Assembly (NCBI RefSeq): GCF_004010195.1
Contig: NC_057754.1
Span: forward strand, 6,807,461-6,847,938
Direction of reading: 5' to 3'
Length of the DNA stretch: 40,478 nt
Source: Chiloscyllium plagiosum
Taxonomy: Eukaryota
Of the stretch, positions 10,556 to 23,270 are shown piece after piece. The first letter of the stretch is position 1; each line of letters opens with the position of its first letter. The notes under the pieces were generated by a model that was not told the origin of the DNA, ran no database searches, and saw only the letters and a list, made by a program, of their open reading frames with translations. Made by a program: the position numbers and the translations under genes.

Positions 10556-10984
10556 TGAGATGGCTCATTTCTGTGGTGTCAGCGTCAACGCTAGAGATGA
10601 AAGAGGACTAAAATATATCCGTCACATCTCCCAGCTGTGTGCTCAGCCTAACATGTTTGCTCGCAAATTAGCTGAGGCGTGACAACACGATTTATATTTG
10701 TTTTCGCGTCGAAATGGTTCTGCTAAGTGATTTCTCACAAACTCTCTGTGCAATTAGGAACGGTTCGTACCCAGCGGTATTTTCAACCTGGCTCTGGGCC
10801 TGGTGGAGTGGGGGGAGGTGTGGATAAGGCCTCAAATGTGCAGCGTAGGCCAGAGAGCCTACGCCAGGCCCCAACTCTTATGTCACTCTGATATATATGT
10901 TCTCGAAGCTCAGTTGCTGTTGTAAATCCGTAGCAAAGGGAGAGGCATTCCGGCCCCTCGTAACGTGGCTTGATGCGTGGGTAA

Positions 10985-11372
10985 TCGTGTCTTGATTGAG
11001 TTTCTCGAGGAAGTAATGCAGAGGATTAATGAGGGCAGATCACGGACTTCAGTGAGGCATTCGACAAGCCTCCTCATGGTTAGCAAGGCAAGATCACATG
11101 GAATACAGGGAGAACTAGCCATTTGGATACAGAACTGGCTCAAAGGTAGAAGCCAGAGGGGTGCTAATGGAGGATTGCTTTTCAGACTGAAGGCCTATGA
11201 CCAGTGGTGTGCCACAAGCATCAGTGCTGGATCCACTGCTTTTTGTCATTTGTATAAATAATTTGGATGTGAACATAGGAGGTACAGTTAGTAAGTTTGC
11301 AGATGACACTAAGATTGGAGGTGTGGTGGACAGTGAAGAAGGTTACCTCAGGTTACAACAGGATCTTGATCT
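10985..11372 (+). mobile_element. CR1 RT fragment
   Basis: SGVPQASVLDPLLFVICINNLD..SKFADDTKIGGVVDSEEGYLRLQQDLD. Confidence 0.92.
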
Positions 11373-11399
11373 CAGTCTGCTGGTAACCATTATTGAACA

Positions 11400-11565
11400 C
11401 AATACTCTAAGTGTGGCCTAACCAAAGTCTTATGCAACATGACATCCTGACTCTTACTCACTTCTGCAACCAATAAAGACAAGCACGCCACACGCCTTCT
11501 TTACCACCCTCTCTATTTGGGTGGCCACTTTCAGGGAGCTATGGACTTGATCCAAGATCCCCAAG
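11400..11565 (-). mobile_element. CR1 fragment
   Basis: Reverse complement of the SLKVATQIERVVKKA-type segment, homologous to 6780-6850. Confidence 0.7.
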
Positions 11566-11679
11566 AGATTTATCCTAAACCCAGCAATCTGAAAGGAGAC
11601 CTGTCTGACTCACATTCACATTGCTGTTCATTGTGGATTTAGGATAGTAAGGTGATTGTTTTTCACCAGTGTATGGATA

Positions 11680-12440
11680 GAGTCATAGAGATGTACAACA
11701 TGGAAACAGACCCTTCGGCCCAACTCTTCCATGCTGACCAGATGAGGCTAGTACAATTGCAACATTTAAAAGGCATTTGGATGGGTATACGAATAGGAAG
11801 GGTTTAGAGGGATATGGGCCAAATGCTGGCAGGTGGGACTAGATTGGGTTAGGAGATGGGGTTGGCATGGATGGGTTGGACCGAAGGGTCTGTTTCCGTG
11901 CAGTACATCTCTTCGACTCTATGACTCTATATCCCTCTCAACCCTTCCTATTCATGTCCCCATCCAGATGCCTTTTAAATGTTGTCAATGTACCAGCCTC
12001 CACCACTTCCTCTGGCAGCTCATTCCATACACGCTTCACCCTCTGTGTGAAAAGGTTGCCCCTTAGGTCTCTTTTAAATCTTTCCCCTCTCACCATAAAC
12101 CTATGCCCTCTAATTCTGGACTCCCTGACCTCAGGGAAAAGACTTTGTCTATTTATCCTATCCATGCCCCTCATGATTTTGTTAACCTCTATAAGGTCAC
12201 CCTTCAAGCCTCCGACGCTCCAGGGAAAACAGCCCCAGCCTGTTCAGCCTCTCCCTATATCTCAAACCCTCCAGCCCTGGCAACGTCCTTGTAAATCTTT
12301 TCTGAACCCTTTCAAGTTTCACAACATCTTTCCAATAGGAAGGAGACTAGAATTGCATGCAATATTCCAACAGCGGCCTAACCAATGTCCTGTACAGCTG
12401 CAACATGACCTCCCAACTCCTGTACTCAATACTCTGACCA
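11680..12440 (-). mobile_element. CR1 3' fragment (-) interrupted by an oppositely oriented CR1 tail (about 11744-11930, +)
   Basis: ORF 11938..12207 reads GDLIEVNKIMRGMDR..RVWNELPEEVVEAGTLTTFKRHLD. Tails with GACTCTAT microsatellite ends occur in both orientations. Confidence 0.88.
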
Positions 12441-13516
12441 GGGAGAGAGAAAGAGAGAGGGAGGGAGAGAGGGAGAGAGAAAACAAGAGGGGTGAGGTTG
12501 ATGGAGAGGGAGAGAGGGAATGGGCAGGGAGAGGGAGGGAAGATGGAGAAACTGTGGTAAGGAGACAGAATGAGAGAGTCAGAGAGAAAGAGAGAGAGGC
12601 AAGGGAGATGGGGGAGAGTGGGNNNNNNNNNNNNNNNNNNNNNNNNNNNNNNNNNNNNNNNNNNNNNNNNNNNNNNNNNNNNNNNNNNNNNNNNNNNNNN
12701 NNNNNNNNNNNNNNNNNNNNNNNNNNNNNNNNNNNNNNNNNNNNNNNNNNNNNNNNNNNNNNNNNNNNNNNNNNNNNNNNNNNNNNNNNNNNNNNNNNNN
12801 NNNNNNNNNNNNNNNNNNNNNNNNNNNNNNNNNNNNNNNNNNNNNNNNNNNNNNNNNNNNNNNNNNNNNNNNNNNNNNNNNNNNNNNNNNNNNNNNNNNN
12901 NNNNNNNNNNNNNNNNNNNNNNNNNNNNNNNNNNNNNNNNNNNNNNNNNNNNNNNNNNNNNNNNNNNNNNNNNNNNNNNNNNNNNNNNNNNNNNNNNNNN
13001 NNNNNNNNNNNNNNNNNNNNNNNNNNNNNNNNNNNNNNNNNNNNNNNNNNNNNNNNNNNNNNNNNNNNNNNNNNNNNNNNNNNNNNNNNNNNNNNNNNNN
13101 NNNNNNNNNNNNNNNNNNNNNNNNNNNNNNNNNNNNNNNNNNNNNNNNNNNNNNNNNNNNNNNNNNNNNNNNNNNNNNNNNNNNNNNNNNNNNNNNNNNN
13201 NNNNNNNNNNNNNNNNNNNNNNNNNNNNNNNNNNNNNNNNNNNNNNNNNNNNNNNNNNNNNNNNNNNNNNNNNNNNNNNNNNNNNNNNNNNNNNNNNNNN
13301 NNNNNNNNNNNNNNNNNNNNNNNNNNNNNNNNNNNNNNNNNNNNNNNNNNNNNNNNNNNNNNNNNNNNNNNNNNNNNNNNNNNNNNNNNNNNNNNNNNNN
13401 NNNNNNNNNNNNNNNNNNNNNNNNNNNNNNNNNNNNNNNNNNNNNNNNNNNNNNNNNNNNNNNNNNNNNNNNNNNNNNNNNNNNNNNNNNNNNNNNNNNN
13501 NNNNNNNNNNNNNNNN

Positions 13517-13554
<38 letters not shown>

Positions 13555-14820
13555 CTCGCTCCCGCCTCACTCCACCCTTCCCAGCCTCTGCGATGATAGA
13601 TCTGTGACAAACTTGCTGTAACTACCTTATTCATTTCGGATGATCCTCTGCACTTGCCTGGGTCCATCTATCTGCCAAGTTTTCACAATTACCCCTGTAT
13701 CTTTGTGTCTTGCATCACAATCCATCTCCCCTCGCTCCCTCTCTATATTTATCTCTGTCTCTCCTGCTCTCTCTTTCCTCCTTCCCCCTTCCCCTCCATT
13801 TCCGCAGTGTTCACTCTCCCACTTACCCTTCCCACGTGCTCCTTTCCTCTTGTGCATATCCCCTCTCTTCCATTGTCACAGTCTCTCTCTCTCTTTCACT
13901 CTCTCATATTTTTAACCTTCCCTCTGTCTCTCTCTCTCCCCATTTACAAAGCCCCTCCCTTTCACAGAATGTCCCTCCCACTTGCACATTCTTTGCATAT
14001 GCTCTCTCTCTTGCACAGTTTTGCTCTCTCTCTCTAACATGCAGTCCATCTTTAATGCTCCCACACAGGCTCTCTCGCTGTCCTGCACACAGTCGCTCTC
14101 TCCCTCCATCAATCTTTCTCTCTTTTGTATCATCCTCTAGCTCCTAGCCTCTCCCTCATGGACTCTCTCCCTCATGGGCTCTCTTCCTCACGGGCTCTCT
14201 CGAGAACAGCAGCACAGTCTCTCTCCCTCGCTTTTCACTGTCTATAATCCCCTCTCTCCCTCTCTAATGCAGCTTCTCTGTCTCTCTCTTGTACAATCTC
14301 TCCTTCTCTCTCCACTTTCTTGTGCATGCCTCTCCCCATTTCTATTGTCTCCTATTTCTCTCCCTCTGTATCACACTCTGTCTCTCTCTATCATAGTTTG
14401 TTTCTCTCTATCACACAATTTTTCTCTCTCTCGTTCATAGTTTGCCTCTCTCCCTAGCACAGTCTGTCTCGAACACACTGTCTCTCTCTCTCTCTCTCTC
14501 TATCAGTCTCTCTCTATCATGCAGTGTCACTCTCTCTCTCTATCATGCAGTGTCACTCTCTCTCTATATCACACAGTCTCTCTCTATCACCCAGTGTCTA
14601 TCTCTCTCTCTCTCTATTAGACAGTATCTGTCTCTGTGTCTCTATCACACTCTCTCTCTCTCTGTATATCACAGTCTCTATCCCTCTCTCTATCACGCAG
14701 TGTCACTCTCTCTCTCTATCAGACAGACTCTGTCTTTCTCTCTCTCGTCAGTCTTTCTCTCACATACAATCCCGATCCTCTCTCCCTGTTTGTCTCTCTG
14801 GCATATTCTCTCTCTCCCGG
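12441..14820. repeat. (GA)-rich then (CT)-rich low-complexity tract spanning a gap, with short TCTCTATCA(C/T)GCAGTGTCAC-like subunits at about 14500-14720
   Basis: Purine-rich left of the gap and pyrimidine-rich right of it. Confidence 0.85.
12623..13516. other. Assembly gap (894 N)
   Basis: N run. Confidence 1.
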
Positions 14821-14966
14821 CCCATGCCAGCATGGCAACTCCATTTACAAGTTTATCTTGCACCGTCCCCTCTCAGTCAAGGCTACTGTGAGGGGGAATC
14901 CCAAGCAGGGACCTTGCTTACTTTTGGTCTCGCAATTCCTCTGAGGATTGGGGTGAAGTGGAGGTA

Positions 14967-15280
14967 TTAGATTAGATACAGAGTGGAAACAGGCCCTTCG
15001 GCCCACCAAGCCCACACCAACCCGCCGAAGCGCAACCCACCCAGGTCTATTCCCCTACATTTACCCCTTCACCTAACACTACGGGCAATTTAGCATGCTC
15101 AGTTCACCTCACCTGCACATTTTTGGACTGTGGGAGGAAACCGGAGCACTCGGAGGAAACCCACGCAGACATGGGGAGAATGTGCAAACTCCACACAGTC
15201 AGGCGCCTGAGGCAGGAATTGAACCCGGGTCTCTGGCGCTGTGAGGCAGCAGTGCTAGCCACTGTGCCACCGTGCCACCC
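14967..15280 (-). mobile_element. HE1-like SINE, near full length
   Basis: Head GGGTGGCACGGTGGCACAGTGG..GGTTCAATTCC on -, V-type core, and (TCTAA)n tail. Confidence 0.93.
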
Positions 15281-15284
15281 ACAG

Positions 15285-15480
15285 TTTGGTTAATGTTGGA
15301 GTTGTACAGGGTAATGGTCAGGCGACAGCTGGAGTACTATGTACAGTTCTGGTCCTATCACTACAGGATGGAGGTGATAGCACTGGAGGGGGTACAGAGG
15401 AGGTTCACCAGGATGTTCCCTGGGATAGAGACATTGAGCGAGAAGGAGAGACTAGATAGGCTTGGAGTGTTATCCGTGAT
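15285..15480 (+). mobile_element. CR1 fragment
   Basis: LELYRVMVRRQLEYYVQFWS..ALEGVQRRFTRMFPG. Confidence 0.85.
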
Positions 15481-15914
15481 AAATCTGCATCGTGAAGCTG
15501 GGTTATAGAATTAGACAGCACGGAAAAGGCCCTTCAACCCATCACGCTAGTACCAGCCCATCTACACGAGGCCATTTTCCAGCACATGCAGTTACATGGC
15601 ATGGAAAAGACCCTTTCGCCAATCCAGTCAGTACTAGCCCATCTACCCCATGCCATTTTTGGAAGATATTATGGCCTTTCAAATGCTCGCCCACAGGCTT
15701 TCTGAAAATATTGCGAGGTTTCCCGAATTGACTAGCCTCCGAGGCAGACGGAGACCCAATCCCCGAGGCCAGGGCAACACTCCCAGTGCTGGGGGGTGTG
15801 AGGGAGTGCAGGTCTCTGGAAACGCTGTTCCCTTCTGAAACCCGAACGGCGATAGTGAAAGATCCCACAGCCACCATCGCAGGAAGAGCAAGTGTTGTGC
15901 TCCCAAGACTCAAG

Positions 15915-17040
15915 AGTCATTGAATCACACAGATCCTTCGGCCCAACTCATCAATGCTGACCAGGTTTCCCAAACTAAACTAGTCCCACCTGCCTGCACC
16001 TGGCCCATATCCCTCCAAACCCTTTCCTATTCATGATTAGATTAGATTCCCTACGGTGTGCAAACAGGCCCTTCGACCCAACAAGTCCACACCGACTTCC
16101 AAAGATAAACCCACCCAGACCCATTTCTCTCTGAATGGGCAATTTAGCACGGCCAATCCACCTGAACCTGTACATCCCTGGACACTATGGGACAATTTAG
16201 CACGGCCAATCCACCCTAACCTGCACATCCCTGGACACCAGTGGACAATTTAGCACGGCCAATTCACCCTAACCTGCACATCCCTGGGCACTATGGGACA
16301 ATTTAGCACCGCCAATCCACCCTAATCTGCACATCCCTTGGCGCACAATGGGACAATTTAGCATGGCCAATCCACCCTAACCTGCACATCCCTGGGCACT
16401 ATGGGACAATTTAGCACGGCCAATCCAACCTAACCTGCACATCCCTGGGCACTATGGGACAATTTAGCACGGCCAATCCACCCTAACCTGCACATCTTTG
16501 GACTGTGGGAGGAAACCAGAGCACCCAGAGGAAACCCCACGCAGACAAGGGTGGAATGTGCAAACTCCACACAGTCAGTCACCCGAGGCTGGTATCGAAC
16601 GTGGGACCGTAGTGCTGTCAGGCAGCGGTGCTAACCACTGAGCCACCATGCTGCCCCTCAAGGACTTTTCAATATTGTAACTGTACCTGCATCCACCACT
16701 TTCTCTGGCAGCCCATTCCACTGAACACACCACCCTCTGTGTGAAAAATGCCCCCTTAAAATCTTTCCCCCCTCACCTTAAACCTCTGCCCTCTAGTTTT
16801 GAACTCCCTCTCCCTAGGGGCGGTGGGGGGGGGGGGAGGGGAAGATCTTGTCCATTTACCCTATCCATGCCTGTCATGATTTTATAAACCTCTCGAAGGT
16901 CATCCCCTCAGCCTCCGACACTCCAGGCTTATCCAGCCTCTTTTTATAATTCAAGCACTCCAATCCCAGTAAACCTAATCTGCACCCTCTCCAATTTAAT
17001 CACATCCTTCCTGGAGGAGGGTGACCAGAACTGGAAACAG
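15915..17040 (-). mobile_element. CR1 3' fragment interrupted by a SINE at 16036-16655
   Basis: CR1 tail sequence (CCCATATCCCTCCAAACCCTTTCCTATTCATG) stops at 16035 and resumes at about 16660 (TTGTAACTGTACCTGCATCCACCACTTTCTCTGGCAG). Confidence 0.8.
16036..16655 (-). mobile_element. HE1-like SINE with an internal 53-bp array (7 copies, about 16138-16497)
   Basis: Box A and box B head near 16590-16650. CAATTTAGC at 16140, 16193, 16246, 16299, 16354, 16407 and 16460. ATTAG-repeat tail. Confidence 0.93.
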
Positions 17041-17254
17041 ACCCTCGGCCATTGCTCTTAAAAACATGACGGACCTGGAGTTAAACGCCTGCCAATTCAC
17101 CAGAGATGGGGGTAAATCTGCCGTCTTTACCCAGTCTGGGCCTACCTGTGCATCCAGGCCCCAACAACTTGCCCTTGGGACAATCAGGGACAGGCAACAA
17201 ATCCTGGACTTTGCCCATGTCCCATCAATGAATGCCAGGAGGATATCTAAGATT

Positions 17255-18012
17255 CCAAAGTGATCTTAATCAATTGGATCAATAGGCTAAGGAGCAGCAG
17301 GTGGAGTTTAATTTGGATAAACATGAGGTATTGCATTTTAGTAAAACACACATGGACAGGAGTTAGACAGCCTTGGGGAGTGCAGTAGAACAGAGAGACC
17401 CAGGGGTGCAACTACGTAATTCTTTGAAGTTTGCGTCACAGGTAGACAAAGTAGCTAAGAAGGTGTTTCGCACAATTGCCTTCATTGCTCAGGCCTTTGA
17501 GTATAGAAGTTGGGACGTCATGTTGAGGTTGTACAGGACATTGGTGAGGCCTCGTCTGGATCACTGTCCCGTTCTGGCCGCTCTGTTACAGGAAGGAGAT
17601 TATTAAACTGGAGAGGGGTCAGAAGGGCTTTACCAGGATGTTACTGGGTATGGAAAGTTTGAGAGTCTGGGACTTCTTTCCCTGGAGCGTTGGAGGCTGA
17701 GGGGTGACCTTCTAGAGGTTTATAAAACCATGAGGGGTTTAGATTAGGTGACTGGCTTTTCCCTTGGGTGGGGGGATTTCAAGACTGGGGGCAATTTTTA
17801 AGGTGAGAGGAGAGAGATTTAAAAAGGACAGGAGGGTCACTTTTTTTGCACAGAGTTAAAACATTTAAAAGACATTTGGATAAGGACATGGATAGGGAAG
17901 GGTTTGGAGGGATATGGGCCAGGAGCAGGCAGGTGGGACCAGTTTAGTTTGGGATTGTGGGTCGGCATGGACTGGTTGGGCTAAAGGGTCTGTTTCCGTG
18001 AGTGTATGACTT
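17255..18012 (+). mobile_element. CR1 LINE 3' fragment
   Basis: EQRDPGVQLRNSLKFASQVDKVAKK..YRSWDVMLRLYRTLVRP, continuing to the CR1 tail. Confidence 0.92.
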
Positions 18013-18384
18013 TGTGAGAGCAATGCTCCAGGGATGCGGGACCGAGCAGCGTGTTGTGGAAAGCTGTGAGCTCAGTTCCCAGTGTGGCAGCTGAGGAGTC
18101 TGAAATCTCTTCATTAAAGCAAATATGGAATTTTAAAAAAAGCTAATTCCAGCATCAACAAACCAATTTAAATAGAGTAAACAAGAAGGGATTGAGTGCG
18201 CCAGCAGGAGGGTCAGGAAACAGAAAGTAAACCAATAATCGAGCTGTCCCTGGTAAAGTAAAAGACCCTTCGGCCCTCCTCCTCGGAGGCTGCTGTACTA
18301 TCCAGGTAAAAGAGATAAGGATTAATTTTAACAGCTGGGGCCTGAAGGGGCACTGGAAACAAATTCATTCAGAACTTTCAGACG

Positions 18385-18491
18385 GGATCAGGGAACGGTC
18401 GATATATTTCCGAGTCGGGCTGGGGGAGGGGCTCAGAGCGCAACTTGCAGCGGGGAGTAGTGTTCCCATGTATCCGTCGCCCCTGTCCTTC
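18385..18491 (-). mobile_element. Fragment of the same LINE family as 2505-4360 (3' region)
   Basis: CGATATATTTCCGAGTCGGG..AACTTGCAG..GTGTTCCCATGTA..GTCCTTC matches 2702-2787. Confidence 0.75.
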
Positions 18492-18614
18492 ATTGCTCAG
18501 GCCTTTGAGTATAGAAGTTGGGACGTCATGTTGAGGTTGTACAGGACATTGGTGAGGCCTCGTCTGGATCACTGTCCAGTTCTGGCCACTGGAGAAACAG
18601 CTGCTGTTTTTTAA

Positions 18615-18880
18615 ACGATTCATTCGCGGGAGGAGGAGGAGGGGACCGCTGGCCGGGCCCAGCGTTTAGTGCCCTGTCCCTAATTGCCCAGAGAGGGGCG
18701 CAGTTAAGAGTCAACCCCGTCGCTGTGGAGTCTGGAGTCATGTGTAGGCCCAGACTAGGTAGTGACGGCCGTTTTCTTCCTGTTCGTGAACCAGATGGAC
18801 TTTTCCCTGCAAGCGATCGTCATGAGAACCTTAACTCAAATTCCAGCACGTGCTGCCGTTGCGGGATTTGAACCCGAAAG
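18615..18880 (-). mobile_element. tRNA-derived SINE of a second family, sharing its tail with the LINE at 2505
   Basis: Box-B-like GGTTCAAATCC on - at about 18865-18875. The tail GGCCCAGC..GTCCCTAATTGCCC matches 2541-2577. A related + fragment lies at about 17125-17232. Confidence 0.55.
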
Positions 18881-19741
18881 TTAAGAGTCCGTCAATGATG
18901 CCACTAGCCCATCGTGCTCCCAGGCACTGGCTTCAGTGCAAACATGGCCTTGCACCTGACCAACCTTTGCCAAGCGGGTATAAGGTGGGGGTTGGGGGTG
19001 GGGTGGGTCCGGGCGGGATGCTCTACGGAGGTTCTCTACAGGCTGAGATGCCTCTGTGGGAAGCCAGGCCTACCAGGATGCGTGGGGAAGGGGGCTGGCA
19101 TAGGTAGGGTTTCATTCGGCGAGGAGGTCAAGGGGCCTCGGAGTGCAGGTGGAGGGGGAAGAGTGGGTTAGCATGACCCCAAATGGCCAGTGTCTGCATC
19201 TCCGCGCCCCCTACTGCCCCCAATCAAACTCCAGGATGTGGTGTGGGGGTGGGTGAACAATTAGGCCCCTTTCACTGACTGGAAATCCCCTCCATCTCCA
19301 GTCCACCCCAAACTCCCTCCCAGGCAAATGTGCCAAATGCCCTTCGTGACCACCCCATCTGCACAAATGTCAAAGAATTATGGACCTGAAGGCCCTAGGT
19401 CTCCCTGTTCTACAGCACTACCCAGGGCCCTACCGTTGATTGTAGAAGTCCTGCCCCTCTGGGAGTGTCTTTACCAGAATTCAATACCCCGCCCTTATCC
19501 AAATGAACCTACCATCTGCCAGTTTTCTCTCAGTGAAGATTCATCTTGCGTTACGGCTTCTATCAGAACTCTCCCTGTTGCTGTCAAGTGGACGGATTTG
19601 TAGATTTGTGTCACCCCCGTTCCCCCTTCCTTCAGCGACAGTGACATATCTCCAATTCGAGGATTTGTTGCTCAGTAGCCGTAGCTGTGGGTGTGTTCGC
19701 CGAGCTGGGGGAGTTGATTTGCCAGACGTTTCGTTCCCTTG

Positions 19742-22700
19742 GCAAAGGGGAGATGGTTAGATTCAGTGATGGTAACACTATTTGAATGTTAAGGGAGAGA
19801 TGATTAGATTCAGTGATAGGAACACCAGTGAATGTCAGGGGGCAATGGTTAGATTCAGAGATGGTAACACCACTGAATGTCAAGGGGGTGATGGTTAGAT
19901 TCAGTGATGGTAATGCCATTGAATGTCAGTGGGGTGATGGTTAGATTTAGTGATGGGATGCCATTGAATGTCAAGAGAGTGATGGTTAGATTCAGTGCTG
20001 GTAACACCATTGAATGTCAAAGGGGGAGATGGTTAGATTCAGTGATGGTAACACCATTGAATGTCAAGGGGGTGATGGTTAGATTCAGTGAAGGTAACAC
20101 CCCCATTGAATGTCAAGGGGGTGATGGTTAGATTCAGTGATGGGAACACCATTGAATGTCAAGGGGCGATGGTTAAATTCAGTGATGGTGATACCATTGA
20201 ATGTCAATGGGGCGGGGGATGGTTAGATTCAGTGATGGTAACACCATTGAATGTCAAGGGGGTGATGGTTAGATTCAGTGAAGGTAACACCCCCATTGAA
20301 TGTCAAGGGGGTGATGGTTAGATTCAGTGATGGGAACACCATTGAATGTCAAGGGGCGATGGTTAAATTCAGTGATGGTAACACCATTGAATGTCAAGGG
20401 ATGGTAGACAGATTCAGTGATGGTGACACCATTGAATATCAAGGGGGTAGATTCAGTGATGGTGACACCATTGAATATCAAGGGGGTAATGGTTAGATTC
20501 CATGATGGTAACACCATTGAATGTCAGAGGGGCAATGGTTAAATTCAGTGATGCTAACACCATTGAATGTCAGGCGGGCGATGGTTAGATTCAGTGTTGG
20601 TAACACCATAGAATGTCAAGGGTTTGATGGTTAGGTTCAGTGATGGTAACGCCATTGAACTTCAAGGGGGTGATGGTTAGATTCAGTGATGGTAACACCA
20701 TTGAACTTCAAGGTGGAGATGGTTAGATTCAGTGATGGTAACACCATTGAATGTCAAGGGGGACACGGTTAGATTCAGTGATGGTAACACCATTGAATGT
20801 CAAGGGGGAGATGGTTAGTTTCAGCGATGGGAACACCATTGAATGTCAGGGGGCTGATGGTTAGATTCAGTGATGGTAACACCATTAAATGTCAAGGGGG
20901 AGATGGTTAGTTTCAGCGATGGCAATGCCATTGAATGTCAAAGGGTAATGATTAGATTCAGTGATGGTAACACCATTGAATGACAAGGTGGAGATGGTTA
21001 GATTCAGTGATAGGAACACCATTGAATGTCAAGGGGCAATGGTTAGATTCAGAGATGGTAACACCACTGAATGTCAAGGGGGTGATGGTTAGATTCAGTG
21101 GTGGTAACATCATTGAATGTCAAGGGGTGGTGGATAGATTCAGTGATGGTGACACCATTGAATATCAAGGGGGTAATGGTTAGATTCCATGATGGTAACA
21201 CCATTGAATGTCAGAGGGGCAATGGTTAAATTCAGTGATGGTAACACCATTGAATGTCAGATGGGTGATGGTTAGATTCAGTGTTGGTAACACCATTGCA
21301 TGTCAAGGGAGAGATGGTTAGATTCAGTGATGGTAACACCATTGAATGTCAAAGGGGGAGATGGTTAGATTCAGTGATGGTAACACCATTGAATGTCAAG
21401 GGGCGATGGTTAGATTCAGTGATGGTAACACCATTGAATATTAAGGGGGCGATGGTTAGATTCAGTGATGGTAACGTCATTGAATGTCATGGGGAAATAG
21501 TTAGATTCAGTGATGGTAACACCATTGAATGTCAAGGGGGTGATGGTTAGATTCAGTGATGGTAACAGCATTGAATGTCAAGGGGGCGATGGTTAGATGC
21601 AGTGATGGTAACGCCATTGAATGTCATGGGGAAATGGTTAGATTCAGTGATGGTAACACCATTGAATGTCAAGGGGGTGATGGTTAGATTCAGTGACGAT
21701 AACACCATTGAATGTTAAGGGGGAGATGGTTAGATTCAGTGATGGTAACACGATTAAATGTCAAGGAGGCGATGGTTATATTCCGTGAGCGTAACACAAT
21801 TGAATGTCAAGGGGTGATGCTTAGTTTCAGTGATGGTGATACCATTGAATATCAATGGGGCGATGGCTATATTCAGTGATGGTAACACCATTGAATGTGA
21901 AGGGGAGATGGTTAGATTCAGTGATGGTAACACTATTGAATGTCAATGGGGCGATGCTTAGTTTCAGTGATGGTGACACCATTGAATATCATTGGGGTAA
22001 TGGTTAGATTCAGTGATGGTAACACCATTGAATGTCAAGGAGGCGATGGTTAGATTCAGTGATGGTCACACCACTGAATGTCATGGGGGTGATGGTTAGA
22101 TTCAGTGACGGTAATGCCATTGAATATCAAGAGCGTGATGGTTAGATTCAGTGATGGTGACACCATTGAATGTCAAGGGGCGATAGTTAGATTCAGTGAT
22201 GGTGACACCATTGAATGTCAAGGGGCGATAGTTAGATTCAGTGATGGTGATACCATTGAATGTCAATGGGGCGGGGGCGATGATTAGATTCAGTGATGGT
22301 AACACCATTGAATGTCATGGGGGAGATGGGGAGATTCAGTGATGGTGATACCATTGAATGTCAATGGGGCGGGGCGATGGTTAGATTCAGTGATGGTGGC
22401 ACCATTGAATGTCAAGGGGCGATAGTTAGATTCAGTGATGGTGATACCATTGAATGTCAATGGGGCGGGGCGATGGTTAGATTCAGTGATGGTAACACCA
22501 TTGAATGTCAAGGGAGTGATGGTTAGATTCAGTGATGGTAACACCATTGAATGTCAAAGGGGGTGATGGTTAGATTCAGTGATGGTAATGCCATTGAATG
22601 TCAAGAGAGTGATGGTTAGATTCAGTGATGGTAACACCATTGAATGTCAAAGGGTTGATGGTTAGATTTAGTGATGGTAACACCCCCATTGAATGTCAAG

Positions 22701-23270
22701 GGGGTGATGGTTCTATTCAGTGATGGGAACACCATTGAATGTCAAGGGGCGATGGTTAGATTCAGCGATGGTGATACCATTGAATGTCAATGGGGCGGGG
22801 CAATGGTTAGATTCAGTGATGGTAACACCATTGAATGTCATGGGGGAGATGGTTAGATTCAGCAATGGTAATACCATTGATTGTCAAGGGGCGATGGTTA
22901 GATTCAGTGGTGGTAACACCATTGAATGTCAGGGGGTGGATGGTTAGATTCAGTGATGGGAACACCATTGAATGTCATGGGGAGATGGTTAGATTCAGTG
23001 ATGGTAACACCATTGAATGTCAAGGGGGTGATGGTTAGATTCAGTGATGGTAACGCCGTTGAATGTCAAGAGGGTGATGGTTAGAATCAGTGATGGTTAC
23101 ACCATTTAATGCCAAGGCGGTGATGGTTAGATTCAGTGATGGAAACACCATGGATGCCAAGGGGGTGATGGTTAGATTCAGTGATGGTAACAACATTGAA
23201 TGTTAAGGGAACGATGGCTAGAGTCAGTGATAGTAACACCACTGAATGTCAAGGGGCTAAGGTTAACTCA
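19742..23270. repeat. Large array of the 45/46-bp LINE-derived minisatellite (about 76 copies; includes 48- and 50/51-bp variants)
   Basis: Same unit as 3185-4285. The right flank 23270-23330 (GATGGTCATTGCCCAGCATTTGTGTGGCGC) is the parental LINE continuation. Confidence 0.97.

Noticed and set aside
11867..13621. Long ORFs in the track (584 aa, 407 aa, and those at 1373, 24030 and 32979-33937)
   Set aside because: They are open only because they run through N gaps and simple repeats.
13640..14970. Ser/Leu-rich ORFs
   Set aside because: They are translations of CT-rich low-complexity DNA.
19742..23270. CRISPR-like array (also 3185-4285, 591-985, 8820-9195)
   Set aside because: The units are contiguous with no unique spacers, there are no cas genes, the context is eukaryotic, and the 46-bp and 53-bp units trace to LINE or SINE sequence.
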